A stretch of 64,000 nucleotides of DNA from Marinicella sp. Its GTDB lineage: Bacteria; Pseudomonadota; Gammaproteobacteria; Xanthomonadales; Marinicellaceae. Positions 49,121-59,738 of this stretch are shown here, one piece after another. Both the position numbers and the translations under genes were made by a program. The stretch spans positions 2,560,001 through 2,624,000 of the forward strand of contig OZ246001.1 in the NCBI GenBank assembly GCA_965230295.1, given 5' to 3'. Position 1 is the first letter of the stretch; each line of letters starts with the position of its first letter. The notes below the pieces were generated by a model. It saw nothing but the letters and a program-made list of their open reading frames with translations. It was not told the DNA's origin and searched no databases.

Positions 49121-49477
49121 GTGCACAAAGGGTTCACCCTATTAGAGGTCATGTTGGCTTTGACGATTGTCAGTATTGGCATCATGGCATTGGTCCAATC
49201 TGCCCAAACTGGAGCCCAAACAACCACAGCATTGCAACAAAAAACGGGTGCCTACCACGTTGCAGATCAAGTGATGATGGTGTTGTATCAAAGACCTGGT
49301 TTACAGTTGGGCAGTCATCGGGGTGAAGAATTATTTGCCGGTCAGACTTACTACTGGCAAGCAGAATTGAAAACCACTGATAACATTCGCATCAATCGAA
49401 TTGATTTAATGGTGGGCTTGGATCGAAAATTAGATTATGCCGATGCACGTTTGACTGGATTCAGGAAGCGACAGTGA
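49121..49477 (+). CDS. gspI: type II secretion minor pseudopilin GspI
   Basis: GFTLLEVMLAL; 118 aa; position in cluster. Confidence 0.87.
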   Translation: MHKGFTLLEVMLALTIVSIGIMALVQSAQTGAQTTTALQQKTGAYHVADQVMMVLYQRPGLQLGSHRGEELFAGQTYYWQAELKTTDNIRINRIDLMVGLDRKLDYADARLTGFRKRQ

Positions 49478-49478
49478 G

Positions 49479-50135
49479 ATGGTAAATTTACACAGAAAAA
49501 ATCAATCCGGCATGACCTTGTTAGAGGTTTTGGTGGCGACTTCAATACTGGCAGTGATTGCCAGCTTGGCTTTTGTTAGCCTGGACAATCTGGCAGGTTC
49601 TAAGCAAACCCTTGATGCCAAAACCAAACAACTGAATCAAGCCAACCTGGCTCAATATATTTTACAAACAGATTTACAAATGGCAGTAGGAAGTGTGGCT
49701 CCCTTACCATCAAATACCCCCAATGAATTTGTGGGCAGCAGTCAGGGGTTCTCTTTGGTCAGATACCGCAATGCCCTGGTCCAATCAGGCAGAAGCTCAA
49801 AACGCCAAACCAGTCAGTATACAAGGGGCAGTCAACTGCAAGATCAACCGATGATACGGGTCAGGTGGTACATGCGTAACAACCAGTGGTTTCGAGCCAC
49901 TCAAAGTGCATTCAGTCCTGTGAATAGTAATCAATGGTCTGAACGCCCCATGATGACTTTGAAGTCTTTGAATTGCAGTTACCAAAATGTGGCCGGATTG
50001 ATACAGCCCAGTTGGCCAAACAGTCCCATTGAGCAGGGCAAACTTCCAGAATTAATCAGTTGTCAGATACATTCAGATGAAGACCTCAAGAGTGTCATCA
50101 AGGTGGTACCTTGGCAAAAAATGGGATTCCTGTGA
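49479..50135 (+). CDS. gspJ: type II secretion minor pseudopilin GspJ
   Basis: GMTLLEVLVA, LQTDLQMA; position in cluster. Confidence 0.85.
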   Translation: MVNLHRKNQSGMTLLEVLVATSILAVIASLAFVSLDNLAGSKQTLDAKTKQLNQANLAQYILQTDLQMAVGSVAPLPSNTPNEFVGSSQGFSLVRYRNALVQSGRSSKRQTSQYTRGSQLQDQPMIRVRWYMRNNQWFRATQSAFSPVNSNQWSERPMMTLKSLNCSYQNVAGLIQPSWPNSPIEQGKLPELISCQIHSDEDLKSVIKVVPWQKMGFL

Positions 50136-50143
50136 GGCAATCA

Positions 50144-51115
50144 ATGCAGGACAATCAAGGCATGGCCTTATTGATGGCATTGGTGATGTTGGCCATAGCC
50201 AGCACCTTAGCCGTAAGTATTTGGTATAACAGTCAATTGTCGGTGGCCAGAATCAACAACTTACAACAAACTTACCAAGCCAAGCATTACAGCCAAGGCA
50301 TGTTGTTGTGGGCCAGTGATCTGTTGCGAGAAGATTATGCTCAAGACGAATACACCCATGACAGTTCATTGGATGCTTGGCAGCAAGTTATCCAGGGCAT
50401 GTTGGTTGAAGATGCCATTTTATCAGGCACTTTGGTTGGTTTAAGTGGCCGTTTCAATGTCAATAATGTGGTCATTAATGGGGTGCAGAACTCTGATCAG
50501 TTGGCTTATTTACGTCGTTTGTTAATGGCCCTCGAATTGGATGTGAACATAGCTGCAAAAATCATTGATTGGATCGACACCGATCAGGTACCCGAACCCA
50601 ATGGCGCTGAAGATTTTATCTATTTGGCCAAAAGCCCAGCTTATCAAACCAGTGGCGGCCCCTTTCGACACATCGAAGAACTGGCGTTGTTGGATGGCAT
50701 GGATGCAGAAACGCATCAAATTCTGTCACAATATTTAGTGGCTTTACCCCCGATAAACGATCAACCCACTCGAATGAACGTTAACACCATGCCACCAGTG
50801 ATGATCAAAGCTCTGAGTCCATTAATCAGCAATGATATGGCAGTGCGCTTATACCAAAGCGGCCAAGCTGACTTTTTACGATTGGAAGATTTTTTTACGC
50901 ATGAGTCGATCAGGTACAAATTGAACGATGATGTTAAACAATCGATCAGGCCCATGTTGAGTGTGCAGACCCGTCATTTCCAAGCCAGTGCTTTGGTGCA
51001 AATGGAAGCCAGCAGTTTTGTGATGTACGCCATGCTCAATCGAAGAACAGATGGCAGCGCTCGGGTCATAAGTCGTTCATTAAGTCCATATATGCCCAAT
51101 CCTTTGGTAAACTAA
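50144..51115 (+). CDS. gspK: type II secretion minor pseudopilin GspK
   Basis: GMALLMAL (no Glu5), RFNVN, IIDWIDTD, GAED..Y, MNVNT. Confidence 0.92.
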   Translation: MQDNQGMALLMALVMLAIASTLAVSIWYNSQLSVARINNLQQTYQAKHYSQGMLLWASDLLREDYAQDEYTHDSSLDAWQQVIQGMLVEDAILSGTLVGLSGRFNVNNVVINGVQNSDQLAYLRRLLMALELDVNIAAKIIDWIDTDQVPEPNGAEDFIYLAKSPAYQTSGGPFRHIEELALLDGMDAETHQILSQYLVALPPINDQPTRMNVNTMPPVMIKALSPLISNDMAVRLYQSGQADFLRLEDFFTHESIRYKLNDDVKQSIRPMLSVQTRHFQASALVQMEASSFVMYAMLNRRTDGSARVISRSLSPYMPNPLVN

Positions 51116-51119
51116 GCCC

Positions 51120-51875
51120 ATGAAAATTGCCTTTTTAGCCAGCGAAACCGCCAAAGCTCAACAATCTTTATCCGACATGACCAAGCAATACGGTCAGCAC
51201 GATCCTTTGACTGCAGATGTGATGGTGGTGTTGGGTGGTGATGGCTTCATGTTGCAATGTTTGCATCAATACATGCATCATGGCACGCCTGTGTTTGGAT
51301 TGCGTCGTGGCACAGTTGGTTTTTTAATGAATGATTATGCCGATGACGACTTGATCGGTCGGATTGAATCTGCACAAGAAACGGTGTTGCATCCATTGGT
51401 GATGCAGGCCACCAATGTTGAAGGGCAAATGTTGGAGTCATTGGCCATCAATGAAGTATCCTTGTTGCGACAGACCAAACAGTCTGCTCATATTCAGATC
51501 AAAATCAATGGCCAAACCAAAATTGAAACTTTGGTAGGTGATGGGGTTATGGTGGCAACACCTGCTGGTAGCACAGCCTACAATCTATCTGTCCATGGTC
51601 CAGTCATTCCACTGGGCAGTGAAATTTTGGCCCTCACTCCGATCAGTCCATTCAGACCGAGGCGCTGGCGAGGTGCCATCATTCCATCACATGCAGAGGT
51701 GAGTTTTGAGATTTTGAACCATGAAAAAAGGCCTGTTTCCGCCACGGCAGACAACACCGAAGTTCGTGATGTTAAGCAGGTACTGATCAAAGAATCTCAA
51801 GACGTTAAAATTCATGCTTTGTATGATCCAATGCATAATTTAGAAGACCGCATCATCAACGAGCAGTTTTCCTGA
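51120..51875 (+). CDS. nadK: NAD kinase
   Basis: LGGDGFML, GTVGFLMN, AINEVS, DGVMVATPAGSTAYNLS. Confidence 0.95.
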   Translation: MKIAFLASETAKAQQSLSDMTKQYGQHDPLTADVMVVLGGDGFMLQCLHQYMHHGTPVFGLRRGTVGFLMNDYADDDLIGRIESAQETVLHPLVMQATNVEGQMLESLAINEVSLLRQTKQSAHIQIKINGQTKIETLVGDGVMVATPAGSTAYNLSVHGPVIPLGSEILALTPISPFRPRRWRGAIIPSHAEVSFEILNHEKRPVSATADNTEVRDVKQVLIKESQDVKIHALYDPMHNLEDRIINEQFS

Positions 51876-52756
51876 TGCTGACCTTGGCCATTTCTTCAAG
51901 GACTTTATTTGATCTGAACGAAGCTCATCAGGTCTACCTCAGTGAGGGAGTGGATGCTTACCGTTCATACCAGCTTAAACATGAAGAAGTCCCGTTAGAT
52001 CCTGGGGTCGCTTTTCCTTTGGTCAATAAGTTGTTGAACATTGTCGATCCACACACACAAGAACCATTGGTTGAAGTGGTACTGGTCTCAAGAAACAATG
52101 GTGATACCGGTTTACGCATATTCAATTCCATTGAGCACCATAAGCTCAACATTTCCAGAGCCGTGTTCAGTAATGGCGGTTCACCCTATGATTATTTATC
52201 AGCATTGGGTGTCGAACTGTTTTTATCAGCCCACCATGCTGATGTAATTGGGGCCATCAAAGCGGGGTACGCTGCAGCACATCTGATGACACGAAAAGCG
52301 GCCACACCAACAGACGATCAAGTGCGGGTGGCTTTTGATGGTGATGCCGTGCTGTTCTCTGATGAATCTGAACAAATTTATCAGTCTGGCGGATTAGAAG
52401 CCTTCAGGGAAAATGAGCATGCCAAACGGTTCGAGCCTTTAAATCCAGGACCCTTCAGTGCCTTTCTTAAAAAACTACACGACCTACAAGGCATGTTTCC
52501 TCCGGGTGAATCGCCGATCCGGACGGCTCTGGTCACGGCCCGATCAGCACCGTCACACAAACGGGTGATCTTGACCTTAAGAGGTTGGGGTATCCGGATC
52601 GATGAAGCCTTGTTCCTTGGTGGGCAAGACAAAGCCAAGTTTTTACAATCATTCAAGGCCGATATCTTCTTTGAAGACCAGTTAACCTATGTGAAAACCG
52701 CTTCAGAACACACCGCCACTGGCCATGTGCCATATGGCATCACCAATGAGAAGTAA
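51875..52756 (+). CDS. 5'-nucleotidase (cN-I-like family)
   Basis: AISSRTLFDL, VAFDGDAVLFSDESE, LVTARSAPSH, DEALFLGG. Confidence 0.93.
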   Translation: MLTLAISSRTLFDLNEAHQVYLSEGVDAYRSYQLKHEEVPLDPGVAFPLVNKLLNIVDPHTQEPLVEVVLVSRNNGDTGLRIFNSIEHHKLNISRAVFSNGGSPYDYLSALGVELFLSAHHADVIGAIKAGYAAAHLMTRKAATPTDDQVRVAFDGDAVLFSDESEQIYQSGGLEAFRENEHAKRFEPLNPGPFSAFLKKLHDLQGMFPPGESPIRTALVTARSAPSHKRVILTLRGWGIRIDEALFLGGQDKAKFLQSFKADIFFEDQLTYVKTASEHTATGHVPYGITNEK

Positions 52757-52853
52757 AAAATGGTATTAAAATTTTTGTTTGTGGTGTTTCACCACAGACA
52801 GACACATGCCTCTTATGGTATAACCGTGCCAGGAATTTTTGGAGAATAATAAA

Positions 52854-53909
52854 ATGAGAATAACAACATTGATCATTACCATGTTGATCACCTGCCAATC
52901 TTTTGCCACTGTGGTCAGGTTTGAAACCAATGTCGGCAACATTGATATTGAGCTGTATGAAGATGTAGCGCCCATAACGGTTGCTAACTTCATCACTTAC
53001 GTTAATGATGGTGACTATGATGACACAGTCATTCACCGTTCTGTTCCTGGATTTGTCATACAAGGCGGCGGTTATAGGTATTTAGGTGGTAATAATTTTG
53101 AAGATGTGCCCAATAATTCGCCCATTGTCAACGAATCACAACTTTCTAATGCCGAAGGCACCATTTCAATGGCCCGATTAACTGATCCAAACAGCGCAAC
53201 CAACGAATGGTTTATCAATCTGGTCGACAACACAGAGTTGGATGCCGGGGGTGGTGATGCAGGCTTCGCGGTGTTCGGGAAAGTGGTCAGGGGCATGGAT
53301 GTGGTGAAAGTGATTGAATCCTTTTTGCGCATTAATTTTTCTTCCAGTAACATTGGTGCTGCGGCCAACACATTCCCTATTTACGGCTTTTTTTCGGGCA
53401 CAGCCGTCACTTTAAATAACACTGTAAAAATAAATCGCGCCTATGTTTTATCGGAAACTTTTCAGATCACCGAAGGGTTATCTGGTGCATGGTTCAATCC
53501 GGCAACCAGTGGTCAAGGGGTCTATTTTGAAGTGTTGCCGGCAGCTGGTGTGATCGTGATGGCATGGTTTACCTTTGATAATGCCGATCCTGATTCTGAT
53601 GTACCCTCTGTGATTGGTGATGCGAGCAACCGCTGGTTAACCGCCTCAGGTACATTCCAAGGCAACCAATTCACTGGTAGTGTCTTTAAAACCGGTGGCG
53701 GCTTGTTTGATAACACCCAAACCGTTTCAACCTCACAAATCGGTTCAGTCATCATTGATTTTAACGACTGTGCAACAGCTGTGATGTCATATGTGCTTGA
53801 CGATTCAAATTTGGCCAACACCATCAATTTGCAACGTGTTTCTGGGGTCAATGTTGATTTCTGTGAAAACTTAGCGATTGAACAAAACCCAGGTGTTTCT
53901 GCTCAATAA
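52854..53909 (+). CDS. secreted cyclophilin-type peptidyl-prolyl isomerase with extra C-terminal beta domain
   Basis: Signal peptide; APITVANF, HRSVPGFVIQGGG, GTISMAR, FINLVDN, FAVFGKV; C-terminal SGAWFNP..SGQG module. Confidence 0.9.
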   Translation: MRITTLIITMLITCQSFATVVRFETNVGNIDIELYEDVAPITVANFITYVNDGDYDDTVIHRSVPGFVIQGGGYRYLGGNNFEDVPNNSPIVNESQLSNAEGTISMARLTDPNSATNEWFINLVDNTELDAGGGDAGFAVFGKVVRGMDVVKVIESFLRINFSSSNIGAAANTFPIYGFFSGTAVTLNNTVKINRAYVLSETFQITEGLSGAWFNPATSGQGVYFEVLPAAGVIVMAWFTFDNADPDSDVPSVIGDASNRWLTASGTFQGNQFTGSVFKTGGGLFDNTQTVSTSQIGSVIIDFNDCATAVMSYVLDDSNLANTINLQRVSGVNVDFCENLAIEQNPGVSAQ

Positions 53910-54781
53910 ACCACTGATGTTAATCTGTGCATTTTTTCTGGTTGCCAATGGGTTACAGCATGCTTGAGTAACTCAACTTGTGATTTAACAGCCAAGACAG
54001 GGACGTCTTGTTGCAACAACTTCAGTGCCAACGCAGTCACTGTATAGGGGTCTTCATGGGCGATGGGTTTGGCGTGGTTTTGCTTGCTTAATTTTCGTTG
54101 GTACTGATTGATGACTACAGGGAAGTGGGCATAGTTAGGCTGGCTTAATCCCAATAACTTAATCAAGTGCATTTGCCTGGAAGTTGAATCCATGATGTCT
54201 ATGCCTCTGACCACATCAGTGATACCCTGATCGGCATCGTCAATCACCACAGCCAATTGGTAACAAAAGAGACCGTCCTTTCGTTTGATGTTGAAGTCAC
54301 CTGATTGTTCAGCAATACATTGTTGTTGCTGGCCTTGAAACTGGTCATTAAAACCATAAACTTCATTTCGGGTTTTCAAACGAATTGAGTGCATTTGATC
54401 TGGGTTTGCAGCCAATTGGCGACAGGTGCCTGGGTATACTTGATGGCCTGCCAGTTGTTTTCGGGTGCAGGTACAAGGATAGGTCAGGTTTTGTGCTTGC
54501 AAAAAATCAAGCGCTGATTGGTATGCTTGTTGGCGCTCTGGACTGGTTTGATAAATCACTGGTCCATCAGGGTGTAGGCCGAAACGGTTCAATGTCTCAA
54601 GAATTTGCTGATCCGCACCTGCCACGGTGCGGGTTTCATCGACATCTTCAATCCTAACCAACCATTCGCCTTGTTTGGATTTTGCTTCACAGTAGCTGGC
54701 AATGGCAGCCACCAGAGAACCCAGATGTAAATTGCCGCTGGGGGAAGGGGCGAAACGGCCCCGGTGTGGTGCCTCGCTCAT
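53903..54781 (-). CDS. gluQ: tRNA glutamyl-Q(34) synthetase
   Basis: GRFAPSPSG.LHLGS, RIEDVD, YQLAVVIDD, KLSKQ; about 290 aa with no anticodon-binding domain. Confidence 0.93.
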   Translation of the reverse strand: MSEAPHRGRFAPSPSGNLHLGSLVAAIASYCEAKSKQGEWLVRIEDVDETRTVAGADQQILETLNRFGLHPDGPVIYQTSPERQQAYQSALDFLQAQNLTYPCTCTRKQLAGHQVYPGTCRQLAANPDQMHSIRLKTRNEVYGFNDQFQGQQQQCIAEQSGDFNIKRKDGLFCYQLAVVIDDADQGITDVVRGIDIMDSTSRQMHLIKLLGLSQPNYAHFPVVINQYQRKLSKQNHAKPIAHEDPYTVTALALKLLQQDVPVLAVKSQVELLKHAVTHWQPEKMHRLTSVVY

Positions 54782-54792
54782 GGGGATTGTGT

Positions 54793-56847
54793 CTATTCGA
54801 CTTGTTCCATGTTTTCACTGGGTTCAGCGATGAAGTTACCTTGTACAAAGTTAACAGACATTTTCCACATGATGCTCATGGTGGAGGCGTCTTCGATGAA
54901 CTCGCAAATGACTTGTTTGCCTTGGTTGTGTGCTTTATCAACAATGGTTTTGACTTTTTCCTGGTTTTCTTCGTTGTTACCCAAGTCCTGCATGAAGCTG
55001 GAATCAACCTTAAGTAAATCAACGGGAAAATGTTTCAAAATGCTGAATGAATTCAACCCGGAACCAAATTTTTCAACCACAATTTTACAATGTGTGGCTT
55101 TGATGGATTTGATGATGGGTTTCATTTGGGTTGCATAGGTAACCAACTCACTTTCCCTGATTTCGAAAGCCAATTTGTCACCAGTAACGCCAATGGCTTT
55201 CAATTGTCCTGCCAACCAATTGGGAAAGCCAGGATCCGTTAATGTTTGGTGAGACAGTTTGACAAAAAGCATCACATCATTTTTTGCTGCTTTGATGGCC
55301 ATCAATGACTTTTTGACCACCCAATGATCAATTTCAGTGATGAAACCATATTTAGTGGCCACTGGTATAAATTGCTGAGGATAGATGAGTTGATCGTCTT
55401 CAGCATTTAACCTGATCAAAACCTCATAGTGCTCTTTTTCTTCACCATCAATGTTGACCACTGGTTGGTAGTGAATGACAAATTTGTCATTTTCCAAGCC
55501 TTCAGTGATGCGATCAATCCAGGCTTTAGATGCTGCCCGGGCTTGTTTCTCTTCTTCAGCCGGGTCAAAAGTTTTGACTTGGTTTCCTCCAGCTTCTTGC
55601 AGTGCATTTAAGTTATCAGTCAACGTTTTAATGACTTCAGTATCAGACTCACTTTGTGGTGTCAACTGGGTCACCGAGATACTGGCGGAACAATTAACAG
55701 AAGTGTTGCCGGCACTGAATATTTGTTCAGAAATCATTCCTCGCAGTTTTTCTGCCACTTTTTCAGCGTTTTCAATCGATGTTTTCAACTTCAGCACAAA
55801 ACTGGTGTCGGCATAGCGGCAATAGACCACGTCTTTACCCAGTTTGTTTTCAAGGAATTCGGCGATGCTGACGATGAATAAATCTAAATTACCTATGCCT
55901 AATTCTTTCTCGTGTTTATCAGCCTCATCAATACCGATCATTAACAAGCTGTCACCGGCTTTGTTTTTGGCCGCATCCAGAGATTCAGACAACAGCTGAT
56001 GGAAATAGGTGCGGTTGAAGAATTTAGTCAGCAGGTCTTTGTTTTTGATTTCAAACAATTCCTTCTCAACTTCCGGATCGGCGGAAGGGATGTTGATGAT
56101 GAACTGGGCACATGACTCACCATTGATCGTGGCTTTTGATACATTAACGATGCCATCAAACTTTTCCCCGGCTGAAGTGATGAGTTTAAACTCTAAATCA
56201 TCTTCCGGCATGATGTTCTTATTGAGGTCGCGCAAAGTTTGCTTGGCCCTGGCCAAATCATCCTTGGCAATCATGTTCAAAAATGGCGTGACTTCTAATT
56301 CTTCGAAATCATCGTATTGAAACAATTCCTGATACGACTGATTGGAGTACACATGCATACCGTCATGGATGTAAGCAATGGCTTGTTTTGATGAGTCAAG
56401 CAATAAATTGCAGCGCTTTTCAGTGTTTTTCAGTTCCATTGAAAGCCCAATGATTTTGCGTCGATCATTCAGAGATTTTACATCGCGCTGAATCACGTGT
56501 TTCATGTGATCGGGCAGTTTAGGCGTGCAGTAAGATGTGGCGCCAGCTTCTATGGCTTCATGGATTAAGTCTGGGTCAAAGTTATCTAATAAGGCAATCA
56601 CTGGTAGGTCAATACCCATGCGCTTGATGTGATCAATCACAGTTTGACTCGGTAAATCACTTTGCAACTGTTGACACAGGACCAAGTCCAAGGGCTTGCG
56701 CTCTAAGATGCCTAGTAAATCTTCTTCGTTGGTACAACGTGTGGGTCTGACCGCAATCTGGTAATTTCTGAGCAAAGACAAGATGCGCTCAGCTTCCTCT
56801 TCAGATTGGTGTATGATCAATAGGTTGATGGATTTTTCAGTTGCCAA
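54793..56847 (-). CDS. fimX: FimX-like REC-PAS-degenerate GGDEF-EAL c-di-GMP receptor
   Basis: LLDSS..AIAYIHDGMH PAS; GGDEF replaced by YADTSF; EVL motif; EKFGSG instead of DDFGTG. Confidence 0.85.
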   Translation of the reverse strand: MATEKSINLLIIHQSEEEAERILSLLRNYQIAVRPTRCTNEEDLLGILERKPLDLVLCQQLQSDLPSQTVIDHIKRMGIDLPVIALLDNFDPDLIHEAIEAGATSYCTPKLPDHMKHVIQRDVKSLNDRRKIIGLSMELKNTEKRCNLLLDSSKQAIAYIHDGMHVYSNQSYQELFQYDDFEELEVTPFLNMIAKDDLARAKQTLRDLNKNIMPEDDLEFKLITSAGEKFDGIVNVSKATINGESCAQFIINIPSADPEVEKELFEIKNKDLLTKFFNRTYFHQLLSESLDAAKNKAGDSLLMIGIDEADKHEKELGIGNLDLFIVSIAEFLENKLGKDVVYCRYADTSFVLKLKTSIENAEKVAEKLRGMISEQIFSAGNTSVNCSASISVTQLTPQSESDTEVIKTLTDNLNALQEAGGNQVKTFDPAEEEKQARAASKAWIDRITEGLENDKFVIHYQPVVNIDGEEKEHYEVLIRLNAEDDQLIYPQQFIPVATKYGFITEIDHWVVKKSLMAIKAAKNDVMLFVKLSHQTLTDPGFPNWLAGQLKAIGVTGDKLAFEIRESELVTYATQMKPIIKSIKATHCKIVVEKFGSGLNSFSILKHFPVDLLKVDSSFMQDLGNNEENQEKVKTIVDKAHNQGKQVICEFIEDASTMSIMWKMSVNFVQGNFIAEPSENMEQVE

Positions 56848-57052
56848 TTTATTTTTCCTTTGTGGATGAATTGCTAAACCGGACCCAAAGTTGAGTCAGA
56901 TCAATAATATACCAATAAATGTCACTATCGCCCAACATTATAAGGGCATTCAGCTGTGCTGAACAGACCCAGTGGGGCAGATATGGTGTGAACAATCGTT
57001 AAACGGGTGAAAATCTTCAATATTAATTGACTTTTGTGCCGTAATGCATGGC

Positions 57053-58027
57053 TTATATGTGGGTAAATATAGGGGTTTTGTACTGCTCACCAGCAACCTC
57101 TTTGACCAGTTTTGGGACCAAATACCCAGGAAGTTCAGCCATGAGCTGATTGTATATGTTCTTGGCCTCCACCTCTTCAACCTCAAAATGTGCGGCATTT
57201 TGTACCGGATCCATTTGATGTAAGTAGTAGGGGATGACTCCACAGGAGAACAGCTCGTTAGACAATCGTTTCAAGGTGAAGACATCATCGTTCACGTTTT
57301 TCAATAATACACTTTGGTTAAGTAACAGGAAACCATTAGATTTCAATTGGATGATCGCGTGGCGTGCATTTCTGCTGAGCTCTGTGTGATGATTAACATG
57401 TAATACCATGACCTTTTGTAATTTTAATTGACTGGCCCAGGCTGTGAACTCGGTATCAATTCGTTCAGGTAAGACCACTGGTATGCGGCTGTGGATGCGC
57501 AGGGTGTTGACATGAGGCAGCTTTTCTAATTGTGCTGTTAAGGTTTTTAACGAATGGGTTTCCATCGTCAAGGGATCACCACCACTGAGTATCACTTCAT
57601 GGATGTCGGGGTGAGCTGTTATGTATTCAATGCTGGATTGCCACTGATTTCGAGGTGCAAAACTCTGACGATAAGGGAAATGTCTTCTGAAGCAATACCG
57701 GCAATTGACTGCACAACTGCCGCTGGCAATCAACAATACCCGACTTTTGTACTTGTGAATCAGGCCTGGAACTTGTGTGGCATCTTTATCTCCCACCGGG
57801 TCAGGTACAAACCCTGTGGTTACAAGGTTTTCCTCTTCTGTGGGTAAAAATTGGGCCAATATGGGGTCATTCTGATCTTGCCAATCAATCAGCTTTAAAA
57901 TTTCAGCAGTGATGACAGGCGCAAATTTTTCACCTGCGTCGCTGGAGAATCGTGGGCTGGTTTGTAAACCGTTTGAATGGCTGTTGCGCAGTGCTTGTTT
58001 AAGTTGTGACTGCCAGTTGGATGTCAT
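57053..58027 (-). CDS. epmB: EF-P beta-lysylation lysine 2,3-aminomutase
   Basis: Radical SAM CAVNCRYCFRR, ILSGGDPL, NQSVLL, PYYLHQMD, LPGYLVP; divergent from efp. Confidence 0.95.
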   Translation of the reverse strand: MTSNWQSQLKQALRNSHSNGLQTSPRFSSDAGEKFAPVITAEILKLIDWQDQNDPILAQFLPTEEENLVTTGFVPDPVGDKDATQVPGLIHKYKSRVLLIASGSCAVNCRYCFRRHFPYRQSFAPRNQWQSSIEYITAHPDIHEVILSGGDPLTMETHSLKTLTAQLEKLPHVNTLRIHSRIPVVLPERIDTEFTAWASQLKLQKVMVLHVNHHTELSRNARHAIIQLKSNGFLLLNQSVLLKNVNDDVFTLKRLSNELFSCGVIPYYLHQMDPVQNAAHFEVEEVEAKNIYNQLMAELPGYLVPKLVKEVAGEQYKTPIFTHI

Positions 58028-58167
58028 TTGATTATTTTGTAGCCTGGGTAAAGCTGAGGAATTTTAACACATGCACAACAAAGGTCACTGGATGATGGCT
58101 TCTGGTCATAATGTGCACAATTGGGTGTGCTATAATGCCGCGTTTTAGTATTCTCTCAGGAGTCTTC

Positions 58168-58737
58168 ATGTCTGTATACAGCACATCTCAATTTAAGAAT
58201 GGATTAAAGATTTTGCTTGATGGTGACCCATACACCATAGTTGAAAACACCGAAGTCAAACCGGGTAAAGGTCAGGCCTTTAATCGAGTTAAGATTCGTA
58301 ACTTAAAGACGGGCCGGGTGATAGAAAAAACGTTCAAATCTAATGAAAAAGTAGAAGCTGCAGATGTCATGGACACTGAGATGCAATACCTGTACACCGA
58401 TGGTGAGTTTTATCATTTCATGGACCCCAATTCATTTGAGCAGTTTGAGGCCAGTCAGGCGGCCGTGGCCGACAGCGCCAAGTGGTTGAAAGAAGAAGAC
58501 ATGTGTATGGTTACTTTGTGGAACAATGTGCCTTTAACCATAGACCCACCCAATTTTGTTGAATTAAAAATTACCGAAACCGATCCAGGTGTCCGTGGTG
58601 ACACTTCTGGAGGTGGCAGTAAGCCAGCCACCCTTGAAACGGGAGCAGTGGTCAGTGTGCCGTTGTTTGTTCCAGAAGGTGAAATCATCAAAGTAGATAC
58701 AAGATCAGGTGAATACGTGGGCCGTGTCAAAAAATAA
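58168..58737 (+). CDS. efp: elongation factor P
   Basis: KPGKGQAF loop, [28 protein letters not shown]. Confidence 0.98.
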   Translation: MSVYSTSQFKNGLKILLDGDPYTIVENTEVKPGKGQAFNRVKIRNLKTGRVIEKTFKSNEKVEAADVMDTEMQYLYTDGEFYHFMDPNSFEQFEASQAAVADSAKWLKEEDMCMVTLWNNVPLTIDPPNFVELKITETDPGVRGDTSGGGSKPATLETGAVVSVPLFVPEGEIIKVDTRSGEYVGRVKK

Positions 58738-59716
58738 CACCCCTCCATGGCGTTTCAAGGGCCCGATGCAGCTGTTGCAGCAACGGGCCTTTTTATTGGC
58801 TGAAATCAGGCGGTTTTTCCACCAACGAAAAGTGATGGAAGTCGAGACGCCGATTTTATCTGAGTTTGGCAACACCGATGTTCAGATCGATATGTTTTCC
58901 AGCCAGCCCTTGCTGGCGGAACAGCACCGATCATTCTTGCGTACTTCACCTGAGTTCTTTCACAAGCGTTTGTTGGCTGGCGGTTCTGGTGACCTCTTTG
59001 AAATCGCTAAAGTGTTTCGCAGGGGTGAGCGAAGTCACTTGCATAACCCTGAATTCACTTTGCTGGAATGGTACAGGGAGGGCTTTGATTGGGCAGAATT
59101 GATGACTGAAGTGATTGATTTGGTTCAATTCTTACAAATGCAGCTGGCGGGTGAGGAGGTGGCTGTTGAAACCATTGCCTATCAGGACTTGTTCATCAAG
59201 TGCGCGGCAGTGGATCCCTTTGCAGTGGAACTTGAAGCATTGCAAGCGATCTGTGAAAACCACGGGTATACGGGTTCAGCATTGAATCGAACCACAGCAC
59301 TGGACTACATCTTTGCTTTGATCATTCAACCACAACTGATAGATGCTGATTCATTCGCAACTGGTTTAATGGTACATGATTTCCCCATCGAAATGGCAGC
59401 CTTGTCGCAAATGCATCCCACCAAACCAGACCGTTGTTTGCGCTTTGAGTTTTTGTGGCATGGTGTTGAATTGGCCAATGGTTATCAAGAATTGAGTGAT
59501 CCGATAGAACAGCACCAAAGGTTTATCGCTGATAACCAAATGCGCTGCCAAATGGGTAAAACAGAGTTGCCCATTGATGATCATTTATTGGCAGCCTTGT
59601 CACATGGATTGCCCGCTTGTTCGGGTGTGGCCATGGGTGTTGAGCGATTGATGATGTGTTTGCTGGGTTATGAAAGCATTGATCAGGTCATGGGTTTTCA
59701 GGCCGAAAACAGTTAA
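58724..59716 (+). CDS. epmA: EF-P lysine aminoacylase EpmA (GenX/PoxA)
   Basis: [49 protein letters not shown]; start uncertain (58709, 58724 or 58766). Confidence 0.95.
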   Translation: MSKNNTPPWRFKGPMQLLQQRAFLLAEIRRFFHQRKVMEVETPILSEFGNTDVQIDMFSSQPLLAEQHRSFLRTSPEFFHKRLLAGGSGDLFEIAKVFRRGERSHLHNPEFTLLEWYREGFDWAELMTEVIDLVQFLQMQLAGEEVAVETIAYQDLFIKCAAVDPFAVELEALQAICENHGYTGSALNRTTALDYIFALIIQPQLIDADSFATGLMVHDFPIEMAALSQMHPTKPDRCLRFEFLWHGVELANGYQELSDPIEQHQRFIADNQMRCQMGKTELPIDDHLLAALSHGLPACSGVAMGVERLMMCLLGYESIDQVMGFQAENS

Positions 59717-59738
59717 TTACATCCTCAATCATCAAGTC

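Noticed and set aside
54793-56847. Degenerate GGDEF/EAL motifs as a sign of pseudogenisation or novelty
   Set aside because: This degeneracy is the normal signature of FimX-type c-di-GMP receptors.
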